The notes beneath the pieces are model-generated. The model had not been told where the DNA came from. It made no database searches and worked only from the letters and a program-made list of their open reading frames with translations. From a virus (lineage: Duplodnaviria > Caudoviricetes), in IMG/VR virus record IMGVR_UViG_3300028172_000069: a stretch of 64,000 nucleotides of DNA; one strand, given 5' to 3'. Both the position numbers and the translations under genes were made by a program. How positions within the stretch are numbered: the first letter of the stretch is position 1; every line of letters begins with the position of its first letter. Shown here piece after piece: positions 50,990 to 57,536 of the stretch.

Positions 50990-51013
50990 AAAAAGGCGAC
51001 CCGAAGGCCGCCT
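50990..51013 (-). terminator. intrinsic terminator (repeated element)
   Basis: Identical to the elements at 20321 and 52537. Confidence 0.8.
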
Positions 51014-51032
51014 CAGAGGATGTTGCGTTTGC

Positions 51033-51206
51033 TTACAAGCGTAAGCCACTCACCACTCCCAGCGCGCTCAGGAGGTAGATGATGGCAATGATGATGAAGA
51101 TGACGATGACGACTTGCTTGATCCGCGGAGGCAGAGGAAGCAGGGTGAGCAGATAGTAAATCAGCACACCGACCAGCACCAACACCAAAAGGCCTACAAG
51201 AGACAT
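51033..51206 (-). CDS. 57-aa two-helix membrane protein (missed by the ORF track)
   Basis: SD GGAGG; MSLVGLLVLVLVGVLIYYLLTLLPLPPRIKQVVIVIFIIIAIIYLLSALGVVSGLRL, two TM helices joined by LPLPP. Confidence 0.8.
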   Translation of the reverse strand: MSLVGLLVLVLVGVLIYYLLTLLPLPPRIKQVVIVIFIIIAIIYLLSALGVVSGLRL

Positions 51207-51231
51207 AGCAACCTCCTATGCAGCCCGAGTG

Positions 51232-51966
51232 TTACTTCGGATTGCCGGTGACGATGCGTTGATGGTAGCTGTTCAGCACGTCAGCTTCGTCGTCGCTGAT
51301 CTTGCCATCATCAGGCTTTACCGCCAGGCGCTTTTGGCCGTGATGGTCTTCGGTCGCGAAGGTGGCCAGACGGTTGTCTTTGCGATACACCGCCGAGCTG
51401 GTAGCACCGCCGTACGACAGAGCTTCGAAGGCTTTGGCCGAGGCTTCCTGAATGTCCAGGTCTTCTTCACGCTGGCCGTTGATTTCGACAGCGTAGTCCT
51501 TCGGCAGCTTCTTCTCTTCGGCCTTGGCCGCGGCTTTCTGCTTGGAAGGTTGCAGGTCGCGAATGTCTTCTTTCTCGACCTTGTCTTCCGCAGAAGCGTT
51601 TGGATCAGGCTTGATGATCGGCTGGTTACCAGCGTTGCCGGTCGATGCCACTTTGGATGCGCTGCTGCCTGCACCGGTCGCGTTCACACCCTCGGTGCCA
51701 ACGGTGTGGCTGGCGTATGGGTATTCGCGCGATGGGTCCTTGTCAGCTTCCTTGGTGACGTCAACATGGACTTTGACTTCGCCGTCTTTCGGAGCAACGT
51801 TCTGGTTGTTGCCCTTCACGTCGCCAGCACTGGTAGTGTTGGGATCGTTGCTCTCACCGCCGTTGAGTTTGGCCTGAGCCTCGTCGTTGGCTTTTTGAGC
51901 TTCTTTCGGGTCTTTGTCGGTAGTCATGGCAGTATCCTCAGTGGTTGGACATTGCGAAGAAGACAT
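51232..51966 (-). CDS. low-complexity acidic hypothetical protein
   Basis: SD GGAGG before ATG 51966 (alternative start 51927); strong codon bias. Confidence 0.7.
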   Translation of the reverse strand: MSSSQCPTTEDTAMTTDKDPKEAQKANDEAQAKLNGGESNDPNTTSAGDVKGNNQNVAPKDGEVKVHVDVTKEADKDPSREYPYASHTVGTEGVNATGAGSSASKVASTGNAGNQPIIKPDPNASAEDKVEKEDIRDLQPSKQKAAAKAEEKKLPKDYAVEINGQREEDLDIQEASAKAFEALSYGGATSSAVYRKDNRLATFATEDHHGQKRLAVKPDDGKISDDEADVLNSYHQRIVTGNPK

Positions 51967-52070
51967 TCTGTCTCCTCCTATTAGATTAGACGACATACCC
52001 AGCAGAAAGTTCCGTGAAAGTTGACGAACGGTAAAAATAAAAAGGGCCACCCGAAGGCAGCCCTGAGAGG

Positions 52071-52508
52071 TCATGCGGCGATGCTAAACACTGGTACTTC
52101 GGTTGGCGAGGCAGTGTAGGCTTTGCGCCCGCCGATGCGCACACCAGCGTAGAACATCCAAGCACGCCAGCGAGCTACGCCTTCTGCCCGCAACGCACGG
52201 TACAGGACTTGGTCACACTCCTTACGGTTCGGGTAGTAGATCGACCCGTCCGCTTGGCGAATGCCGTAGCCTGAGTACAACCAGTCGTGAATCGTGGCGG
52301 CCTTGTCACCGTAGTTGGCGAGCAGGGCGTAGAACACGAACAGCCAGATGTTGTGCAGCACGTCAATCGAGGCGTAGTTGGTCTGGAAGCCTTTATCTAC
52401 CTCGATCTTGCCGAACACAGAGTCCTGATAGGTGAACACGGCGAGCATCTGATACAGCCGCCGTTGGAGCTCGCGTGTGTCAAAGTGGGAGAATACGCCT
52501 GATGCCAT
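52071..52508 (-). CDS. DUF1353-like protein
   Basis: GFQTNYAS...AATIHDWLY...CDQVL...AGVRIGG pattern. Confidence 0.75.
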   Translation of the reverse strand: MASGVFSHFDTRELQRRLYQMLAVFTYQDSVFGKIEVDKGFQTNYASIDVLHNIWLFVFYALLANYGDKAATIHDWLYSGYGIRQADGSIYYPNRKECDQVLYRALRAEGVARWRAWMFYAGVRIGGRKAYTASPTEVPVFSIAA

Positions 52509-52536
52509 GATATACCTTCGGTAGCGTGTGGAAATG

Positions 52537-52560
52537 AAAAAGGCGACCCGAAGGCCGCCT
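52537..52560 (-). terminator. intrinsic terminator ending the RNA island
   Basis: AGGCGGCC-TTCG-GGTCGCCT-TTTT. Confidence 0.8.
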
Positions 52561-52561
52561 T

Positions 52562-52885
52562 AGTGTCCACTGTTTCCCGCACACCAGCACTGTCGCCCGA
52601 ACAACACTGCGGTCTGCGGAGAGGCTGTAGACGTGCCTACTCAACGGGCCCTTCCCCCGTACGCAACAACTGCCGAGCCGGAAAACCCTGGGCAGTTATC
52701 GGTAGTCTCCGCTTTCGCGGGCTCATGCTGGAGCTAGGCTCCGAATGGGTGCAGGCTCTTACCCTGCTTGGTGTAGAGGCTCGGCGGCGCGGCGCTTGGG
52801 GAGGGCTGGCTTCAAGGAGCATGGCAGCTGGATGAGTGTCTACCAATGGTGCCTTACGGCTACACGCATTACCTCTCACGAGGAG
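52562..52885 (-). ncRNA. candidate ~320-nt structured RNA rich in GNRA tetraloops
   Basis: No credible ORF; hairpins CCUC-GUGA-GAGG, GCC-GUAA-GGC, CCGC-GAAA-GCGG; helices AACUGCC/GGCAGUU and GUGUAG/CUACAC; bounded by a tRNA and a terminator. Confidence 0.6.
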
Positions 52886-52891
52886 AACAGT

Positions 52892-52965
52892 TGGGACGTC
52901 TGGGACTTGAACCCAGGACCACGCCGATTAACATTCCGGTGCTCTACCGACTGAGCTAACGTCCC
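52892..52965 (-). tRNA. atypical tRNA: GTT (Asn) anticodon on a Lys-like body, bulged anticodon stem, no encoded CCA
   Basis: GGGACGT/ACGTCCC acceptor, GCTC/GAGC D-arm, loop ATGTTAA, CTGGG-TTCAAGT-CCCAG T-arm, A73. Confidence 0.7.
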
Positions 52966-52966
52966 A

Positions 52967-53275
52967 TTAGTCTTTGAGTGCAACTCCGACACTCACTGCC
53001 AGACAGAACTTGCCATCGGGATTCGTGAAGAACGATCCGCCATAGGTGTAAGCCTGTCTGGTTTTGTTCTTGATCTTGCGCAAGTGATTCTTCATCAACT
53101 TGCGGATCGAGGAAAGAAGCAAGCGACGGTCGCTGGTGTCGTTGACCGCCAGCACTTCGTTGACCGTGACATACTTGTCGCCGAGCTTCGGAACTTGACC
53201 CTGGTCCAAATGGACAATGTCCAATGAGCACGAGGTAAACAGCAGTTTGATTTCTTCCGCAGTCATCTGACTCAT
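52967..53275 (-). CDS. hypothetical protein inside the tRNA cluster
   Basis: 102-aa ORF ending next to the 5' end of a tRNA. Confidence 0.6.
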   Translation of the reverse strand: MSQMTAEEIKLLFTSCSLDIVHLDQGQVPKLGDKYVTVNEVLAVNDTSDRRLLLSSIRKLMKNHLRKIKNKTRQAYTYGGSFFTNPDGKFCLAVSVGVALKD

Positions 53276-53382
53276 GGATCAGTTTCCAAAGCAGCGTGTA
53301 GGCAGGGCCAGTAACCGGTAATACCGTCACTGCTCTGATGTACTAGCGAATAGCGTTCTATCAGAACTCTGGCCCACAAAAA

Positions 53383-53458
53383 TGGTAGGACGTCCGAGAC
53401 TCGAACTCGGGACCCTCGGATTAAAAGTCCGGTGCTCTACCAACTGAGCTAACGTCCT
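53383..53458 (-). tRNA. tRNA-Lys(TTT)
   Basis: 76-nt cloverleaf, loop CTTTTAA, CCA encoded; C27-A43 mismatch. Confidence 0.95.
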
Positions 53459-53640
53459 AGAAAACAATCCCGCTTGCACAGACGAGTGGGCTTCTGTACT
53501 TGTGAACAGAGTCAGGGCGGGTACCTGTGGTCATTGCCAATACAGCGCCGTCCACGAGTTTCAGGCCGCATCAACAATCTAACTCTGGTTCGCTACCTCG
53601 GGCACGGCCAGCTTTGCAGCGCCCACTGAGGTTTTGAATA

Positions 53641-53716
53641 TGGCTCCCGCTCCTGGACTCGAACCAGGGACGCCACGGTTAACAGCCGTGTGCTCTACCG
53701 ACTGAGCTAAGCGGGA
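53641..53716 (-). tRNA. tRNA-Asn(GTT)
   Basis: 76-nt cloverleaf, CACGG-CTGTTAA-CCGTG, G73, CCA encoded. Confidence 0.96.
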
Positions 53717-53890
53717 AGGGTAAAGTGTGCGGTTTCGTGCGCATCGCCAAGGATAAACGTGCAAATCGTATCTTGGCTAACAGGCACAGCTCGTTCAAAT
53801 TGCGAAGCAGCCTCCGCGTACGGTCAGCGCTCTTTTACGTTTCCCAGTAATCCACCACAAGCTTGCTGGGTGTGCTCGCTTTGCAACGAA

Positions 53891-54106
53891 TCAGGCATTG
53901 CCGGTATACGCGACAAACACCTGCATGTTTTCTTTCACCTCGACAGGACTGCCTCGAGGTGTGAGGACACCACCGCCGTGACCTTTAACTGACCAGGTCA
54001 CTGTGTACACCACGCTCGGGTCTCGACCGTCGAGTTTGACGGCTTCTTCGTAGCTGATGGTGCGGCAGACAAACTCATGCGGCTTTGCATTCACAAAAAT
54101 TTGCAT
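53891..54106 (-). CDS. stand-alone ubiquitin-like (multi-ubiquitin-type beta-grasp) protein
   Basis: IFVNAK...ISYEEAVKL...YTVTW...GVLTP.GSPVEVKENM.V.V..T matches the bacterial multi-ubiquitin domain pattern as I recall it. Confidence 0.6.
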   Translation of the reverse strand: MQIFVNAKPHEFVCRTISYEEAVKLDGRDPSVVYTVTWSVKGHGGGVLTPRGSPVEVKENMQVFVAYTGNA

Positions 54107-54123
54107 GGCGGTGCTCTCGGATG

Positions 54124-54200
54124 TGGCGACTCCAACGGGACTCGAACCCGTGACCTCTGGCGTGACAGGCCAGCATTCTAACCGACTGAACTATGGAGCC
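54124..54200 (-). tRNA. tRNA-Asp(GTC)
   Basis: 77-nt cloverleaf, loop CTGTCAC, CCA encoded. Confidence 0.96.
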
Positions 54201-54205
54201 GAAAG

Positions 54206-54282
54206 TGGCGACCCGGACGGGACTCGAACCCGTGACCTCTGGCGTGACAGGCCAGCATTCTAACCGACTGAACTACCGGGTC
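54206..54282 (-). tRNA. tRNA-Asp(GTC), tandem copy
   Basis: Identical to 54124..54200 except in the acceptor stem; CCA encoded. Confidence 0.96.
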
Positions 54283-54488
54283 TATGATCGTAGCTTGCTC
54301 AACAAATTAGCTATCTGCAATTTCGCGCTCGGCAGCATAAGGGCAATGCTGAGCCCGATAGGTGCGACGTGTGCGTACTTCACAAGTGTGTTGGTGAAAT
54401 ACAACGCAACACCGACTAGCACGTAGGCAGTCCAAACACACGCATCGTACCGCGTTTCGCAGAATGGCTTGAAGATTCGCTTGAGCAT
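54282..54488 (-). CDS. small membrane protein
   Basis: Two hydrophobic segments; TCTGTAAA motif upstream at 54523-54530; start uncertain (54500 or 54488). Confidence 0.5.
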   Translation of the reverse strand: MLKRIFKPFCETRYDACVWTAYVLVGVALYFTNTLVKYAHVAPIGLSIALMLPSAKLQIANLLSKLRS

Positions 54489-54534
54489 GTGTATTACCAA
54501 AAGCAGAATTGTGTGGCTCTGCTTTACAGAATTG

Positions 54535-55323
54535 GTGCCAGCAGGTAAACTTACCGCACGTACTCGTTGCTGGGGCGGGCAACGTGGACCAGTGTGCGTA
54601 CCAAGCAGCGTGGCATTACCTTATCGAACAGCTTGGGTGCCGTATTCCCAAACGCTCTATCTGACGTGCTGCATTTCATCGGCTCCGCGTAGGTACCAGA
54701 CGAATGATTAGGTGCCTCAGACTCGTTACCGCGTCAGAACCAGAAGGAGATTAGAGTTCACCATGTGCCAGGAGTTGAAATTGGGTAGCCCGGTCATTCG
54801 ACCGTAGCATCTGTTCTCTATCCTGCGCGCAGCGGGCGATCCTGTAACGTCTCTTAAATTCTCAGTAAGAAGTCGAGCCTGAGGCGAAAAATGAAACCCA
54901 CCTAGAAGATGGAAGGCTTATGCTAATGTCGCGGCGGAATTCCTGCTGTCACTACCCAAAGCTGAAGGGCTTGATCTGGCTGGCTCGAAGCTGCGTTGTG
55001 TTGGCTTTCTTTCCTTTACACTTCTAGGTGGGAGTGGTTGCGACTTCCGAAGAAGCCGAGCGAGCAACTGATTCCTGGGTTAGAGGCCCAACACCGCATC
55101 CAGTAATACAGAAGGCAACCGTGCGCTTGATAGGCGATCACTCTAGTCCCTTGTACGTTGCGCAGAGACAAACGCAACGGCACGCCAACGCAAGACTCAC
55201 GCGGCCTATGCTCCGCAATTCATCCATTAACCACAGCAGGAAATTCCGTGGTGACGGTCCGGGAAATCGCCCCTTTGACCGCTGAACTCAGCCGCACAGC
55301 TTATCAGGCCGTTGGCTGTCGCA
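54535..55323 (-). ncRNA. candidate giant (~790 nt) ornate non-coding RNA
   Basis: No minus-strand ORF of 60 aa or more; several long-range helices of 7-15 bp, a C(UUCG)G hairpin and many local stems. The 3' boundary is approximate. Confidence 0.7.
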
Positions 55324-55385
55324 GACTCCGTAGAGTTTCGTGGGCCTTTCACCCATACACGGACTTGAACCGTTCATCAGTGCGA
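55319..55385 (-). ncRNA. type I hammerhead ribozyme with an extra hairpin in the core
   Basis: UCGCA-CUGAUGA-[ACGG UUCAAGU CCGU]-G UA UGGG..CCCA C-GAAAC UC UACG GA GUC-UGCGA; predicted cut between 55324 and 55323. Confidence 0.8.
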
Positions 55386-55399
55386 GTAATGAATTAGCA

Positions 55400-55645
55400 T
55401 TTCGAGATTGGCCTGCACCGTACATCTGGCTTCGTGCAAGCCTCTCCTCGATTCAGCAACCGCAGCCAATGGCGGCGCCTTTGTGGTTTGTGCGGGATGG
55501 GATCGCTGGCCGGATCAGGTACCCATCCCTATCTACATCGCGCAGCCTGACTTCCGGCAGGCGATGGTTCTGTTTGTGGTTGCAGCGCTTCACCCGATTC
55601 CGGCGGGTGTTGCACTGTCTGGAGCCTGACGCTGCACAGGCTCAA
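55400..55645 (-). ncRNA. candidate ~245-nt multi-hairpin RNA
   Basis: Perfect stems GAGCCUG/CAGGCUC, CACCCG/CGGGUG, GCCUG/CAGGC and GGGAUGGG/CCCAUCCC; no credible ORF. Confidence 0.6.
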
Positions 55646-55669
55646 AATGAAGATCAGCAAGGTGTGTCC

Positions 55670-56170
55670 TTACGCAGGTTGTTCGACGTGCTCGGTGAGA
55701 CGGCCGAATGCCAGTTTGTGAACAGCAAACAGTTCGGTACCGTCTGCACCGTTGAAGGCGCGCTTGACGCTGGCGTGCACCACGTTTGCCAGTTTGAGAT
55801 ACTTGACAGTTTCACCATCAGCTCCAAACTGACGCAGGATGATCGCGTCAAGCTTGGTGGTCTTGAAGGCTTCGATACCGTCGAGCACTTCCTGTTCGGC
55901 TGGAACGAAGTCGCTGAACGCAAACTCCGCAGCTTGCATCATTGCACCCGCAGCAGGATCAGACGCAAAGACGAAATCTTGTTCGGTGATCTTCACAGTT
56001 CTCAGGTTCAGCTGGAGTGCCTGAATGGCATTCACCAGAACTGGCGCCACTTCCTGAGAACAGTCGATCCGCCACAGGTCAAAGTTGTCGTTCAATGCGA
56101 TCTGTTTGATCGCGGTAACGTCATCCAAACTAACCTTGCCTGCAACGGTAAGCTGTACTGAATCCGACAT
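55670..56170 (-). CDS. hypothetical protein
   Basis: SD GGAG; GCTAATTC motif about 25 nt upstream. Confidence 0.75.
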   Translation of the reverse strand: MSDSVQLTVAGKVSLDDVTAIKQIALNDNFDLWRIDCSQEVAPVLVNAIQALQLNLRTVKITEQDFVFASDPAAGAMMQAAEFAFSDFVPAEQEVLDGIEAFKTTKLDAIILRQFGADGETVKYLKLANVVHASVKRAFNGADGTELFAVHKLAFGRLTEHVEQPA

Positions 56171-56209
56171 AGCAATCTCCGTGCTTGTCAATGAATTAGC
56201 AATCGCGGT

Positions 56210-56875
56210 TTACACTTCCGCCTTGCGTGGAAGGATGATCCAGTCGTTGGCGGTCACGTCCGACTGACTGGCAACCCAGGCAACGCAGTCACCCTGCGCC
56301 GTGTACATATCAATGTGGTCACGGTAGCTGATGACCTTGCCCTCTGGGAAGATGCTCGCCAACGGCGCGCGGTTGACCGTGAAGGTCGACGCAGGCACGT
56401 AGTAGATGAACATATTCTTGCCGTTCCAGTTCTGGCGGCAGGCACGATAGCCAGCCTTGATCGCTTCGACAGCAGTGCCGAAAGACTGCGGCGCTTGGCT
56501 TTCAACCAGGGAATCGAAATCCTGAACTTCTGGGAAGCACGGGTGGTGATCGTCGGCGCGACGGGCGAATGCGACCTTGAGCGTGATCGTGGTCTGCGGC
56601 ACTGGCGGAACTTTGGTGAGCAACACCTGCGATACGTGACCTTCGAGGAAGTACACGGCAGTCGCATCACCCTTGAGTTCGCGCAGCTTGAGCTCCAGAC
56701 GTGGAATCACCTCACGCACATCGTCAGTATCGACGGTGGCGGATACGTCGGTGTAGTCAACGACGCGGGTGTTACCTGCGACGTCCATGTAGGTACCGTG
56801 ATCGAGGCCGCGGATCACATGCAGACCCAGCGGCTTCAGGATGTTGAGCAACAAATCTTGTTCGAGCGGAATCAT
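56210..56875 (-). CDS. DUF2829/Tad2-like domain protein with N-terminal extension
   Basis: SFGTAVEAIKAGYRACRQNWNGKNMFIY...WVASQSDVTANDW matches the DUF2829 pattern F..A...K.G....R.GWNG..M...W..SQ.D.LA.DW. Confidence 0.75.
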   Translation of the reverse strand: MIPLEQDLLLNILKPLGLHVIRGLDHGTYMDVAGNTRVVDYTDVSATVDTDDVREVIPRLELKLRELKGDATAVYFLEGHVSQVLLTKVPPVPQTTITLKVAFARRADDHHPCFPEVQDFDSLVESQAPQSFGTAVEAIKAGYRACRQNWNGKNMFIYYVPASTFTVNRAPLASIFPEGKVISYRDHIDMYTAQGDCVAWVASQSDVTANDWIILPRKAEV

Positions 56876-56882
56876 GTTTGCC

Positions 56883-57536
56883 TCACAGTAGGTTGTCGAG
56901 TTCGTCACAGATGAAACGATCGCGGTGGAGCTCCATCGGGAAAGAGTCACGCACACACTTGAGTGCATACATTATCTTTTCCATGGTAGGTTCGGTAAGC
57001 AACTGAACCAGCATGACACGTGGCGCGAGCAGCGTCAGGTAGCTGCGCTTCCACGGCATTCTGCGCGCCATCACAACATCGCGGACGAGTTGTAGGTAGG
57101 AACCCCACTGCACCAGATCGTCATACAGTGCGCCAACGTTCAGAGCCTTCAACGTGCTCTGGTAGAGCTGGTAGCCACGATAGATGCGCCGCGCATTAGG
57201 ATCGAGTCGATTCATCCGCAGGAACATCAGCGCCTCGGATGAATGCTCAGGCCTGAACAGCATGAAGTGGCGGGCGTTGCAGACGTGCATGAACTGCCGG
57301 CGCTCAAAGAAGTCGCGGGTGTAGTCATGCGCCTCGATGAACAGGACTTCCGCGCTCGGGTCAACCCACGGGCTCAAGGCGTTTTCGAGATATGCCTCAG
57401 CGTTCCGACCTGCATCAGGCGGAGCACACGACACCGTCGCAGTTGATCGCAGGTAGTTGCCAAACTCCAGAGCGTTGAGTCCAACAACCATGAGCGGGCG
57501 ATTGAGTTCTTCGACTCTGGCCAGTTGGAAGTTCAT
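56883..57536 (-). CDS. hypothetical protein
   Basis: SD GGAGG before ATG 57536. Confidence 0.65.
   Translation of the reverse strand: MNFQLARVEELNRPLMVVGLNALEFGNYLRSTATVSCAPPDAGRNAEAYLENALSPWVDPSAEVLFIEAHDYTRDFFERRQFMHVCNARHFMLFRPEHSSEALMFLRMNRLDPNARRIYRGYQLYQSTLKALNVGALYDDLVQWGSYLQLVRDVVMARRMPWKRSYLTLLAPRVMLVQLLTEPTMEKIMYALKCVRDSFPMELHRDRFICDELDNLL

Noticed and set aside
52695-52712. GAGACUAC resembles the group I intron P7 5' strand
   Set aside because: No downstream AUAGUC partner, no interrupted gene, and no terminal G/exon context.
52740-52775. GCAGGGUAAGAGCCUGCACC resembles an RNase P RNA hairpin (GGUGCGGUAAGAGCGCACC)
   Set aside because: The universal RNase P P4 segments (GAGGAAAGUCC and the ACAGAA...GGCUUA end) are not present in the surrounding sequence.
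54535-54620. 3' ribozyme (HDV-like UCCACGU loop, or twister-like GCAGAG) that would allow circularisation of the giant RNA
   Set aside because: The required P3/P1 nesting or twister ACAAGCC core could not be built by eye. A computational search is still worthwhile.
55296-55310. CUGAUAAG as a second hammerhead core
   Set aside because: No matching GAAA/stem III/NUH downstream.
54535-55323. tmRNA or group II intron identity for the giant RNA
   Set aside because: No tRNA-like acceptor/T-arm ends or tag ORF; no GUGCG 5' end or AGC-triad domain V.
52637-55629. Short ORFs called across the tRNA/ncRNA island (e.g. 52637..52879, 53579..53764, 54307..54582, 55028..55629)
   Set aside because: They overlap tRNAs or structured RNA, lack SD sites and lack the phage codon bias.
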